A stretch of DNA of 64,000 nt from Botryllus schlosseri (lineage: Eukaryota). Location: positions 17,856,001-17,920,000 of the forward strand of contig CM119383.1 of NCBI GenBank assembly GCA_051294905.1, written 5' to 3'. Shown here in pieces: positions 39,601 through 54,600 of this stretch. Position 1 is the first letter of the stretch; each line of letters starts with the position of its first letter. Position numbers and translations under genes: made by a program. Below the pieces are notes generated by a model. It saw nothing but the letters and a program-made list of their open reading frames with translations, had not been told where the DNA came from and searched no databases.

Positions 39601-42600
39601 TAGTTGCTGGTTTTGAAAAGTAAGTGGTTCAAGTTTCAGTTCTAGTTGCAGATTTTGAAAAGTGAGTAGTTCTGGTTTCAGTTCTTGTTGAGAGTTGTAA
39701 AAATTGACTAGTTCTAGTTGCGGTTTTTGAAAATCCAGTAGATTGTACAAGTCTGCGCATTTGACACAAGTGTAAGCATCTTTTGATACCTTCAACGTTT
39801 TCCCCTTGACCTAAGACAGCTTTTTGCCCATTTAAGTCCACAACAGAACCTCACCTTCTTTGATACTTCTCAGTCTGATCAGTTTCAGATCCAACAGCTC
39901 CTGCAGGGCGTTCTTCGTGACCTTTTCCACGATGACGGTCTCCGTGAGAGCACCGTCTCCTGTAGCTATGTATTCGAAGCGGTCCGGCATCGATTTTAAC
40001 TGCACTGCGATAAGCGTTTGCTTGAAAAAATCCTTGACGTCTGACATCTTCGTCATTATCTGAAGCAACACAGTAGAAAATGAGAGGTCTGACAAGTGCT
40101 TGAGAAAAGTAGGTCGGTGATGCCAGATGCTTCTAGCAGCTTAACAAGCGCGGCTGCTTTTGAAATCGCAATATGTATCAGTATCTTCGTGGCTAACCCA
40201 AAACGACTAATGCCTCGTCCTTACATCCCATATCAAATGACCAGGAACTTCAAACGTTGAGTTCAATACTTCTATAATATTAACGAGACACACAACTTTA
40301 CAGCACTCAGATCAGTGGCTCCCAACCTTTTTTACACTCTTTGGTTCAACCTTTTGAAAAAATTAAGAATAATACCTGGCTTATACAGAAACTGGTAGTT
40401 AGAATGATGAAACGATATAAATACCGTAATTTTCCATGTATAATGCGCAAAATTTTACCGATTTTTTGCCCTAAAATAGGGGGTGCGTATTATACATGGG
40501 TACAGCAAGCCTTGAAAAAAAAATCCCTCAATCAAAAACTTGAAATCACACCTTTCTTCATGTTTGTTTAAATCGCGCATCACCTCTAGCCATTGGACCC
40601 CGTAATTCGTATTATAGAGTGTAACGCGCTGCCCAAATAGAGAAGCGTGTTGCCAATTAACGAAAAGCGTGTTTCTAATTAACGAGAGTCGTCTGCAAAG
40701 CACGCGATCTCTTGCTGAGTTAGTTTGCCTACGCGAGCTAAATTAGGTCGCTGATTGCTACAAGCGTGCGCGGCAATCGTTGTTCATTCATCGCGTCAAC
40801 GACAGGCCTTAACAATCGCATACACAAGAGGCCATGTGCGCAAGATATAATCGCTTGCGTAATCAGTCGCATCTTCAACAGGACTGCTGCGCCCTACATA
40901 ACCGTTGGCCTGAGCAATCGCATCTGTAATTGTAATAGGCCACGTGCGCATGATGTCGTGTGTCGCTAGCCTGAGCTATCGCGTCGCCGACCTCACAGGC
41001 TTGGCTACTATCTCCACTCGTTTAGAGACAATGCCGTTAATTGTATTATGATTAGCGATCATCATGTCATGATTGTTCGATAGTGACATCGCAAAACAGA
41101 ACAACATGGAATACTAAACCGCAACTATTCATGTACTCATGTACTGCGAATGCAGGGTGCGTTCTATACATGGGTACAGGCTTTTTCCCAGAATATACAC
41201 GTCATTTTAAGGGTGCGTATTATACATGGGGGCGCACTATATTCGGAAAATTACGGTACACCACACAATGAACATGATATTATCATGATGATACTGATCA
41301 GGTATTATTTATTCAGTTAATGTGATGTACGAGCCCTTATTCGCACCGACAATGTCATCATTGTTGGTTTGGTGGGGAAGAGAAGTTTTACCCTCAGGAT
41401 CAAGAAGTAGCTTATCGGTGCACTACTATTTTTTTATGAATTTTATTCATTTCCTTTGCTATAGTCCAATGTCCTAGAGATAATGATTTTTGCCAGCACA
41501 AAATTATTTATGGAAAAGCTAACAATGCTAATTGACGGCCATGTCCACAACACACAATGCTTCGGTGGGCCTGTACAAACAAAGTACTATTTAACCGATT
41601 GGCACCGGTTAAATTTTGGCACCGAAAAATTTTGCTTAACTTTTCAAAACTTGAAAACACGACCTCAATGGGATGCGAAACCAACAAGTAATATATCATT
41701 GGATTCACTACGCCACGTACATGTTTGGTTACTTCCTTATAGAGTCCACTACATATACCTAGTGCGAATAATTACGTGCTACTCTCTGCGACACTGACAA
41801 CATCTTTCGAGCAAGACATGAGTTACTGCTTTTGCTCACGTTGTGCGATCGATCCTATCAAAACACTGTGGAGCGTAAACCGTAAACCGCGGTCTGATTC
41901 ATGCGGCAGTGCAAATTTTATTTTGTTCTCGAGCACGCGGTTGTCCGAGCAAGTGGATTAGACTGTACTTCATTACTGAGAACCTCCACAGTTAAATCAC
42001 CTTCAAATGAATCAAGTTGAGAATCAAAGTCTTGAATCCCCGGCCGCCGTCATACATCAAACTGCTGACGCACGTCTCGACAGGCCCAGTAACCAGTTCC
42101 ATCACTTTTTCCCGGTCCTGTCACAGTCGAATATGGTCACGAAAACAGCGTCAACTAAGCGAAATAGTCGTGTTACCTGCGCTTTGGTCAAAATCAACAC
42201 GCTTTCGCCTTTTGTGTCGATACCGGCACGGCCCGCGCGGCCGATCATCTGCTTATATTGCGACCGAGACAAAAATCCTTGGCCAATATACGGGGAGCGG
42301 ATAATGACCCTTCATAAAAAAGGAGAGATGTTCGTCAGACAGCTACGTACAATATATCAGTTGAAGAAATCAGGGTGATAATGACCGAGTCATGATTTTT
42401 TGTATATTGACTCGACTTGTACCCGAGTCATTGTGCAGGACTCGAACCAAGTCATATGACTCTAAACTAGGACGGACAAAACAGACATTTCATTGTGACT
42501 TCGAAGAAAAGTAAAGTCACCACAATATTGATACCAGTCCCGATATTGCAAAATAGGGCCCGACACTGATAAAACTGCAGAAAATTGTGATATTATGAAT

Positions 42601-45600
42601 TCAACTCAGACTGAACAGTGAACATAATGACTTGGACTCGAGTCACAACAACATGACTCGGACTCGACCCTCTACTCACAGACTTGCACTCGGACTTGAC
42701 TCTGTGGTGAATTGAAAATGACTCGACTTAACTCGACTCAAAACTATAAAAGTGAGATAGATTGCGACTTGGTTACAACCCTGGTGGAAATCGAGAAGGA
42801 CAAAAGATGCCAAACGAACTTCAACATGAACTAGAAAATAAATGGTCTGACAGTACTCCAGTGAGTATTTCAACGAAGTTGTATGCAATCGGACGTGGGT
42901 TACCTTCAAAACTGCAACAATCATCTCCTCGGCCATTGCAAAACGACCGAAAATGTCACTTATATCCAGAATTTGCCACAATACAGGACTAGCCACCTCG
43001 GTTGCGATCGCAATTTCACTCGTAAAAGTGATGCAAACCTACCCAAAAACTGTAAATGTTTTTCACGCCTTCAACTTTAATTCGAGGGTACGTCATATTT
43101 CAAGCGCAGTGCCCATTCAAACTATAGTAAAAATGGATAAATAACAATATTTCGTGTCGCTGGTGCTAGAAGGAGCAACTAGTACGGTGATTTTTGTCGT
43201 AAAATCTAAGCAATTAATTGTGACGAGAGACGCAGTATGCGTTTCATGCGGTGTACAGCACTAACCTTCTTGCAGGCAAATTGACACCAGCCGCTAGCGT
43301 TGAAGTACATGTGATTACGCACAATACACCGTTGTTGTATGCACTCTCGATGAGGGATCTTTCATCAGATGTCAACCCACTGAAATATACCGGGAGTGAC
43401 TAACAAATTTTAGAACGGAAGCGATATAGGAATGACAACTAAAATTCAATGTAAATTTTCTACAGGGTGGAAAAAGCATATTATCAAGTATTTCATTATT
43501 GACCACCTCGATATTAGCATATGTTTAAATATTACAATATAGACATCGACCTTTGCTTGCCCAAGGGATATATAGAACTAGTTCTATATATCCCTGGTTT
43601 GACCAAGCACAAATCGTAATTGCAACTTGATTATACTCTATAGGAGTACAGGTATTCTTACCTGTGGTGATAAGCAACACCGTACGGAATAGTCTTCATC
43701 AGCACAGGACACAAACCTTCACCGCCGGAATCCTGATACAGAGTTTCCAAAATTGCGCGCTTTTCTTTGACATGCAGCTCTTTGAACGAGCTTTGAGGCA
43801 AAATGCAAGAGCGTTACACAACGTAATGCACTTGAGAGTTTATTGACGTAACCATAACACAATCTCATGACTGCGGTAAAACCAAATACGAATGAATAAT
43901 GTCGTCTGGGCAAATCACTTGTCAACGTAGTCTGTGAATAATAACTGACAATTTTAATAATTTCAAAATCAATCCACATGACTGATGTAGAATGGCTAAT
44001 ATAGGAGTAAAATGTGGTCCGACTAAGTAACAACAACAATGGGTCTATCTTGCCAGGAAGGTTGGACGAATATATAATAATTTTAGTCTAAAGAATGAAT
44101 TTGCTACTAACCATTTTATGTAATTGCAATGATGATGAACACAGAAAAACAAATATAGCAGACAATGATTGCAACCGTGCGGTAATTGAAATCATTACAG
44201 AGATGGTCCCAATCAGTGGAAATGTGGCACATGAGAGAAGCTAATAACACACACCAAGAATTTGTAATACCAGCCAACAGATCATTGCAACATCACAATT
44301 AAAGATTCATAATGTCGCATGCCTCTATAAATGCGTTGACCAACGACCAATCCTAACCTTGGCAGTAATTTGCAAATCAAAACCGCGACGTTTTCGCAAT
44401 TTTTCTTTGTCGGGCAAAACACCAGACTCGAGTGATTGGGAACGATCTCCAACAAAAGCGTTACGATATGGTCGGTGTCTTTCGCAGCAATTTCTTTATC
44501 CTAGAAAAATACATCGTTACTAACTAGGCTTACAGTTCCTTTGCTATTTGCCAAGCGTAACGCACCGGGCATTTTATGACCCTTGCGAGCGCAAGTCCAT
44601 CTTCTGGATTTGAGCCCTTGTTGTCCACTCTATACAAGCATTCTTCGACCTTTACGAATTCGTCAAGCGTCACCGGTCGGAAGTTATTCTTGTACACCTC
44701 CGCGTTTAGGAACTTGGAGAGATCCTCGATATTACTCAAAGTGGCCGTCATCCCAATAATCTGTGTGGACCCTGAATGTACCGATTAGGAACGATTTTAC
44801 ATAAAAAAAACTGACAATATGCTATTTCAAGTGTTGACAATCACATCAAGAGTTTCACTCTTAACTGTAATCCATGATATTGTAACACAGAAAAACCTAA
44901 CAGCTTGCATTTGGTGGTGTTATATGAGCACAAAATCATCATGCAGGCTCATCAGAAAGAGCCTGATAAAAATTGAAAATTACAATGATATTACCACGGC
45001 AATTCTGTCTGCTAGTCATCAGTATATATTGCAAAGCTGCTGCATATATATTCAATTCATGCATGCCAAATTATTATGCACATCGTGGCTTCACAGTTAG
45101 TGTGTTGAGAATCTCCTTGATCAAAACTAAAATTGTAACTAATGAAATAATGTCTTGCCAAACTCTAGGGGATGGTAAAAATCGAATCGCAGCTGATTTA
45201 AATCAGATGCTGCGAATTTAGCACCTAGATGAATTGAAGATTTTAGCGGGACAGCGGTCGATTGGGACGAAATTATAAATGATATCGGAAGCTGTCAACC
45301 AAAACGGATTTTGTTACCAATGTCGTTCTTTCTGTTGATTTGGTATGCCAAATTTGACTCACGTGGCATAAAAAATGAATTGATTGGATTTCGAATTAGT
45401 GATCATATCTCAAGTCTCTAGTCACAACCGCAAATATCTGGTTATTTCAATATCACAATATTTGACTTCCTATAAATTGTAGTCTGCATACAGAAAAACT
45501 TCCGAATGGGCACACCATTGAAACTGCTTTTCCAAAATTGGGCAGTATAGCGAGACAGGCTGAAAGAGGTCAAGCACTTAACCAATTAACGTATCTTCTT

Positions 45601-48600
45601 TAGTGCTCGACGCACATTTAGTACACAAATCCCAGTCCTAAGAATAGAATTATGAAATATTCGAGACATTCTCAGTTCTTACGGGAAACATGCATGATTT
45701 TGGCAAGCGTCATTTCGATAGCTGCACCTCTTCGGCCCCCTTCTCCGAGCATATGAAGTTCATCAATAACAACAAGACCGATCGTGTCCAGTCTGCCGGC
45801 TTCTATCAACGAGTTGACCTGGAACAGTAGCAATCTGTCGCACTCTCTCTTTTCTATGTTTACACAAGCAGGGATTGACGTATGGTACAAACAGATTCCC
45901 ACACACATAAAAAGCTCAAATCAACATACGATGTTGGGCTATCTATTGAGCAAGTAGTAATACTGGTCGCGGCTTGTACTCTGTCCATTTTTTTATATGC
46001 CGGTATTTATTTAGTTAGTTAGCTAGTTATTACTTCATTTGTGTGTATTTTTTGTCTTTCTATTTCAATTCACCCATTTGTTTATTTATATTTATCATTG
46101 CTGCCTCGTGACTCGTATTATTGCATTCCGTGTGATATATTATATCTATATATCAGTCTAATTATTGATTCATTCATTTTTTTCTTATTATGTAACATTT
46201 TGCTTCTTTCAATACAAATCACTGTTGAACGCATGTATTCATCAAATTCCATGACAACCATATTTCACTCATGACTCTCCATATCGTCATGGTGGAATCG
46301 AAGTAGCTTATGTCCATCTTACACATTTTTAGAAAATTAACTCTACCTAGAGCGCCAGCCATATTCTTGGCCATGGTTGACTTTGAAACAGTCAGATAAA
46401 CATAACCATGACCAGTATATGGCCGGAAAAAAGTGAAAATATTTCAAGACCTGATTTTTTTCAACTTTTAAAAATGGACCTTCCTAATTTGAAAACTGGA
46501 TATAAGCTACTTTGATTCCACCGCGACGATTATGCTGTTTGAACGATCAAGTACTCTGGTTCCGTTTGACATGAAGAGAGCCAAGATCATGTCACCTGTG
46601 CCATGCAATACCTATCAAACATTGTTTTGTAACACAAATTTGCGTGCATACTTTCCATCATCGGTTAACAAAACAAATCTCTTTCTATCTCTCTATGAAA
46701 CCGGTGTGTTTCCGTCATAGCTTACACAACAGCACGCTATATTTGGAGTTGGCAGCACGGCTGGACACCTAAACAACTTTCAACATACCCATATCAGATT
46801 GGAGCTAGAAGTATCTAGCTGCACAAGTCAGGCAGTGGTTGGGCGACGATCTGCAAGTAGTAAGGTTGCTGCAAAGGCTGTGTGAAGAACTTTGCGGTAC
46901 CCAAAGTAGTGATGCATAATTTGTTGGGAGAAGGAAAATCAACATTTGGATCTAATAAAGCTTTCATTGATGCAAGATTTTTCAAGAAAATGTGAGGACT
47001 CGGGATCCTGTCCCTCTACAAACCTAATAGTGAAGCAAAAGGAAACTCCTAGCAGTCCTACTAAAGAATATGACGTAGAGCCTCGCAAATATAACGTCAT
47101 TAGCAACATCTAATCTTACCAAAGTATTCGCTTTCTCGATGGTGCATATGAACAATGATTTCCGCTTGCGGCGTTTCGTCGGCGGGAACTTTCCTTTGCT
47201 ACCCGCATATTCTTCCACCAGAAAATCCAGCTCATCCGCAAACTGGGCGATTCCCCTCACCTTGACAGATATACCGCATGCAGTTGAATTTTTGCCATAT
47301 AAACCAGCTTACGATGAAGGTTCACAGTCAACATAAATTTTCAAAGTTCGAAAATAAGTCTACTCCGATTTGGCTTCTGGTTCGGACTCGCACTTTAAGG
47401 CGTGGGCTTTCTAAAAGAAGATTTATTTACATGGTATTCGCAGGATAGAATTCCGAGAATTATCAATTGCGAAATAAACCTCAAAGAAAGAAAGAGATAT
47501 GAACACTGTCTGTGTTACTTTTTCGTGTAGCATTAACACTCGTACTATAAACAGGAGACGATGGCCGTAAGATTGGCTGTTCGCACACTCATGAATATAA
47601 TTCATTATTATCTGTTCATAGTCCCACAAGACTGCGATACGACGAAAAGATAGGAAGGAAACGAAACGTCTTGCAATAGTCCTACCATCGAGAGTAACCA
47701 CCCATCCTTCTATCTGTACATCGTACTGGGTTGTCTGGATAGCAATTTCCAAGACCAGTCAAAACTAATTCAATTGAAAGTAGAGAATATAAGTTCTGAA
47801 AACTGTTAAAGTGAGTAGATTCAGTCGAGGGGAAACATGCTTTATGCAGTTAATCAGAGATCAGATGGCTATTTACAGAAATGCGGGATATATATTCATG
47901 ACTATCAAGAAATTATTGATGACAGTCTGACACCACAAAGATGTATGATTTTGGAAAATATATTCACATAAGGTGATACAGGGGTTAATTTACGCGGCTC
48001 CTACGACAGTTCCACCCATAAAAGGCACGCAACTTATCCCCTAACTACTTTCTACTTCTAAAAGCACAAATTGTCAAAAGTAAGTAGCTTTGCCCAAGAA
48101 CTGCTTAGCAGGAGTGGAAGTAGTCTGAAAGCAAAAGCCCTTCAGTAAGTGGTACATGTAGGAAAAAGTAACTTGAATACTCCAAAATGCAGAAGTACTT
48201 CGTCATGACCACCTCTGCTTGTTACTGACCACCAAATAATACAAAGTGTGAGACTTTGATTCACGTTTGTCATGAGCAGTAGGAGACTTCATCAAAAGAC
48301 GAACATACTTTTTCCTGAACGATGGCCACGAAAGGCAGAACCAGCATCGCATCTCTCTTCATGCACATTAGCTCTTTCATGATCAGCATCTCCGCCACCA
48401 AGGTCTTGCCGCCGCTTGTCGGCAGGGTGTAGATGAAATTCTTCCCTTGCACAATGCTCGGCAAGGACAGGCACTCTTCTTGCCACGCTGCGTAAATGAA
48501 AGTGTCAGTTATTCATGGTGAGACGGATCGGTACTGTCACTGATTGGAGATTAGTGGACTGGGGGCAAATTTATTACAGAAAATTATAGTTCCGAGATTA

Positions 48601-51600
48601 TTTTCCACTGCGGAAGCCTTGAAACCTCGATTGGTTGTATCACAGCATACAAAACATATAGGCCTAGGACAAAGTGCAATGAAATAGGCATGGTCAAAAA
48701 ATGTTCGAAAAAAGTGAATGAGATGTAGACCTTAGTCATGGTCGCATAAATGGTACATATTTGAACTTTCCGAGTCTTCATACAGTAACGACATCATAAG
48801 TGATACTCGGCTGCTTGATCTCTATTCAAAGCTGAATATTCGATCCCGAATCAAATCACACCGGCACTCGACTATGCACACTTGCGCAGCCATAGTCGTC
48901 AGCCATTGTGAGAGTGAATTGCAAAGTTCAGATATCTACCTCTGATACGACCGCTTGTAAAATGATGCAAACGCTATAGCCGGTATCAAAATGTGAGAAT
49001 ATTCTTAGACAACTTCTAATTGGTGATGCTGATTTCATAAATATACCAGTGTGAATTTAATCCATTTACAACAAATCTCTGAATAGGCAAGAAACTAGTA
49101 CTGCCACCCAAACAGGCATACTATCAGTTCGGGGCAGCACATTTCACACGGAAGTGAGCTACTGTGGACGACAATTGTACAAGTGATAGCGTCATTGAAC
49201 AGGCCAATAAGCATCAAACAGAGTTGGTCTGCATCTAGCGTTACCATAATTCAGATCCAGTAAGGATGACACTTTTTACAGGCTGCGCCATTGACTATAG
49301 CGGACGAGTAAACAGGTGTTGTTAAAATTTATATAGCTCATTCCGTTTGGTTCACTAAAAAAAACAAGGCACTTTTCCTAATTCGACTCCTGAAATACCC
49401 GTCTTTCGTCAGTTCGGCCAACATTTCGCATCATTTGTGATAGTCTGGGGCATTTTAGGTTTAAAAGATGGACAGATTGCGAAAAACGACGACATTTGGG
49501 CGAAGGGAGGACTTATGATAACCCAATACGTACCGATATTTCCACGCGGAGACCTATATCGGCCATTTACATTTCCTATCCAAAAAGTTGGCTCACATCA
49601 ACGCTATAATTGAACTGACAACTTCCGGATCAGTCTTAAGTCAGCTCCTTATTTAATAGGGGTTTCCGAAAGTGGACCTCAGTCACAAGCAGGACAGGTT
49701 GCCAGTTCAGTGGTGAATGAGTAAGCCTACCCTAGCTAATGACTTTTCGGTAATAACATATTCACAGTTGAGCACAAGGATTGAATGTAGCATCAAGATT
49801 TACAGTCTTTAACTCATTGTGTACTCAATAGAGTCACCTCCGACTGTGAATTACCGTAAAACTTTTTGATGCCCCTCGTGCTAACCATAAGTTCTTTCAC
49901 TTTCATTGGCAGACCGTAAAAGGGCCCAGCACTTTTTCCTTCCTTTCGGAAAACGTCTTGGCTGAAATCCTGTGACATTCAGAAAGCATTATAAATTAAA
50001 CATAAAATTGAATGAATTTGAAAATATACCACTGCAAATCACCAAATTTAAACATGAGTCGGAAGTTATTCAAAGATAACTTCTTTTAGTCAGATTGTAT
50101 AAAGGGATTGTACAGTACACGGAAGTAGTATTCAAGAAAAGAGTATGCAATGTCTTATTACCAAACTCTATACCATAGTACTGCTACAAGCTTCATGAAA
50201 AATATAGAGAAATTATATCAGGAAACCAAAATAAACAGCCAGTGCTTATCATGTTTATCCTCTGATTGGGAAATCTGAAATAACATCTACATAGTATTGT
50301 ATTAAAGAATGTGACATCAATATTATGAGATACAACAGGTAAGAATTTTCATGAAACAAGCAATGCAATTAATACAAGTCTTGGAAGAGGATTCTGAGAT
50401 CTACTCGCAAAAAAACAGAAGGGCGAAGATCATAAAGATAGCTTATCTGTAGAATACTAATCATTTTAATCAGAAAATTAGCATTCTCCTGAAGTGTATG
50501 GCAGACCAAATGGTAACTATTCATAGTCATGCGTTCAGCAATCTATTTTTGGGATCTCACCATGAGTAATTCCGGAAAGATTTTCACAGCGTCTTGCAGT
50601 GGGAAATTGGTCGCTGTCACTTGCATCGCATTGGCTTTGTACCTGATCGTATCAATGGTGTTAAGGTGATTCAACAAAATTTGTAGGGTGGCAATGAAAA
50701 TTTGACAAAAATAGTAGTTCTTCACTTCTGACCACGCTAAATCTGGTTTTATCCCCACAATAGACCAGACACAGTTTTTGCATCGAAGCAGTATTGCCGC
50801 AAATTTCTACTTAATTACATTGTAGAAGTAGCAATTTTCAAAACTACTTCAAGTGGAAGTAGAATATGAAGGTCTGAAAGTACCAAAGTTGATAGTTTCA
50901 AAAGTAGATTTTGTCGGGGAGGGAAATTGGGCACTTTCAACAGTTAGAGATGGCTATTTTTGAAATTACGGAGTCGCGAGCACCGCAAAATGACACAGCA
51001 CATTACAAGCAGCAGGAATTTTCGTAAATATTTTCAGTTACTGTAACACAGGGGCTTTTTCGCCGAGTTGCTATGAAAATTTAACTGATAAAAGTGTCAC
51101 AAACCCATGACAAAAGTACTTTTTACTCGATAAAATCTGAGATGCAAAAAGTAAATAGTATTACAAAAAAAAACCTGTCAAGGAGACTTAAGTGAAAGTT
51201 GTTTAAAACATAACAACATCAGTATAAATGAGTAAGTAGGCTTACTGTAAGCTGGCAAAACCAATTTAAGTACTCTTAAAAGTGAAAGTTACTAGTCACT
51301 TGTGCAATGGAGAATGGACCTTCATATTTCATAAGCGATGTCACTGTAAAAGCTACCTGCACTGACATCACTCACCGTTCTGCAAGTTTCTCAGCCATAC
51401 TCTTTCTACGGCCACTAGCCGGTGTGGATGCTGCCAGAGGCACAGGATTTTTCATCACCGGAGTGACAGAGAGAGTCTTCGGATTATTTCTTTTGGACAA
51501 CGACAAAGGCGTGTTGGTTAATTTATCTGTCGGTTTTGGGCTATCATTTTCAAGAGCTTGATATTCGTTGGACCGGATCGCAGCCGTACAATTTCTTTCA

Positions 51601-54600
51601 AAGTATGACATATCAATGTCACTAAACACGGAATCGTCTGGTTCGTGTACTGCTTTACAAGCTGGATCGGGAAGCATTTGACCTTGTCTTGTGGCTGAGT
51701 TATCAGCGTTTCTGTCTGCTTCGCGGACAAATTTAGCGATGAGCGTATCATCGCCGCATTCCGAATTGATAGAGTTCTTCAAGGACGAGTCTTTGTAACT
51801 TTGTGACTTGAAACTTGTTTTCAACACCGGAGACGGGGGCGGAGTGCTTTTACGCGGAACGCAAGCCGCTATGTTGGCTTGAGTGAAAAAATGTAGTGTT
51901 AAGTTTTATCCAAATGCAACTGACACTATCTTGACGTCAATGACCAAATACTTCATTTAATGTTACGTCATCTTGTTTATGATTACACCATGTAGCAATA
52001 CCATTAGTCTTGCTGAAAATAACTACATTGGTTCAATACTTAGATACCTACAAACAGGCCTACTCATCTGCTGTGATACTTGAACAGGTTTTGACAATGA
52101 TCGTGACACGAAAATAGGTCCACATATCTGATTACTAGTATCTGATTACTAGTGACGAAATACGATAAACGGACAAAATAGTCACATGTTGTCAAGTTGC
52201 AGAATGTAACCAACCGAATAAATCTTCATCGCTACTGTAGTCACACTCCATATTCTGGTCGTTTGCATTATCACTTTCATTTGCACACTCTGCGACTTCG
52301 ATAACATCTGCAAAAGAGACAACAGACAATGCAAACATCTACCCTTTAATACCGAACTTCAAATAAAAGTAATGTTGCATATTACAGCCCACACAGCTTT
52401 AAATCAACAGAACAATAAACAGCGTTCTAATGACTCGAGTCACAATTTTTTGGTGACCTGACCAGACTCGTGTTTGTTTTTCAAATGTTAAAAATGATTC
52501 GACTCGAGTCTATTTGTGTATTGACTCGACTTGTACTCAAGTCATTGTGCATGACTCGAACCAAGTCATATGACTAGGACTGCAAAGACAGACATTTCAT
52601 TGTAAATTTGAAGAATCGTAGAGTCACCACATTATTGGTATTTCGTCTATCAGTCCTGAAACGTGGAAAATAGGGCCAGAAACTATTAGGACTGAGATAA
52701 ATTACAATATTATAAATGGGAACCATTCTATATTACTTGAGCACTGTTGAAAAAGTGGGTTGAACCAGATTAAAATAAGGAAAGGAAAGGACATAGCACT
52801 ATGACTTGGACTCGGTGATGAATTGAAAATGACTCGACTTGACTGGAGTCAAAACTATAAAAGTGAGATTAACTTGTGAATTGGAACATGATGAGAAAAG
52901 ATGAGACATGGATTTTTTACATCCAGAAGAATACAGAATAATTCAACCATGTTGTTCCCACAGTGCCTTTTTAAAGTTATACCATGTGACTGAGATAGAC
53001 AGATGTGAGGTTGACCAGAAATATGCCAAAAATGGTATTTTTATAGTTGGAGTAAGTTATGCTGATTCACGTGTGTGAGGACATACAGAGCATAATACCC
53101 CATATAATAAAATGACCTTAATGGAGTCCGTAGATTACAATATTAGCAGTGTATAGATGGACTTACTTTTGAAAAGCTATAGAGATTAGAGAAGAAGGTT
53201 TCTATTCAAGGTTATTCAATAATTGAGGTGTGGGGGTAAGATGAGACGAATGCTTGGGGGTAAGTTGGGACATGGGTATAGGAAGGATTTTACATTGAAT
53301 GCCTTGATATGCTTGAAATTTAAACAGTCTACTACAAAAATAATACATACAATAGTTATCTGTTGATGACGTTCAAAGTCACAAATGATGTGCAAATTCG
53401 TTTTGAAAATTGATTATTTCATGGTTATTAAATTCCATTCATGATGTTACTAGTTGATAGATGTATTTGGGATAAACTGGTGCTTTAACGAGCAAGAATT
53501 GCTGCGATGTACCATGTTACCATGGGTACCCATGGGTAAGTTGAGACGGGGTTTGACCCAGGGCTTTGGAGCCGGAGCCGGAGCCGTGCATTTTCACCGG
53601 AGCTGGAGCCGGAGCCGGTGCTCTACATAAAATTCAGCCGGAGCCGGAGCCGGAGCTGGAGCCCGTTATTTGAGGAGTAGCTCTGGCTCCGACCTATTTC
53701 ATAAGATGCTATTATATATGCAACAACCACATCTACTGATTTATCATAATTGAACAGCAGGCCAGAATTTTAATGCTGTGCACAGCAATGGCATAGATTA
53801 AAGTGCGTTCTAGTGCAACTACTGTATGATGTTGTCGACGATTGACAAGTATTCAGTATGACGTCACAAGCCGGCACGGCGGCAGCTATATGTCTTCGTT
53901 GCTACATCGGATGTTACTGACGGCTGACAGGCTATAGATTATTATAGATAAATAACCTATGGGTAGATTAGTAATCTATATAGACCAGGAATGGCCAACC
54001 TTTTCGGCTAAAGGGGCACATGCAATTGACGAACGAGTGCGCGGTCCACTAGCCACGCCAAGCGGGTAAAATTTTCTAAGTTTATAAATAAACAAGGTCA
54101 ATAATATTATTACTTGTATGAGTATGGCGGGTCTATTGTATACCGCCCGCTAGGCTCAGTTTGCAAGGACACGACTATTCGGCGTCTGGCCACATCGATA
54201 TCGAAGGTCCCCGATAATATGCGACAATCATTTTGTGCCTACATTTCACCGTCGACGATTTTTATGCGAGCGCTAACGCGAAAAGACTTTCTCCCGTAAT
54301 TGCGAATACAGTTACACTCGATCGGGTAAATTATGCGTTTTTTTCACTTTCAGTAGGGGGTAGGCTACCAAGCAAGAATCGTGTGACAATTAAACACGCG
54401 AAGCGTGAAGAAAAATTTCGCTACTATTTTAGTTTATTGTAATGTACGACGATTTACTGAAAATGTGACTGGACCCTGGATCTGCCAATGCGTCGGAACT
54501 GATATTTTAGTCATCAACATCCCAAGTGTCGCAGCCAGAATTGTAATTTTTGGTTGGCATTGCAAGTTCACAATCTGAGCAATTCATTTTCGATGAAATA

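Noticed and set aside
39565-39795. ORF with QLELK repeats as an extra HELQ exon
   Set aside because: It derives from a dispersed CTAGAACT/CTTTTCAAAA repeat also seen near 2570-2700; it has no HELQ similarity and is not needed for phase.
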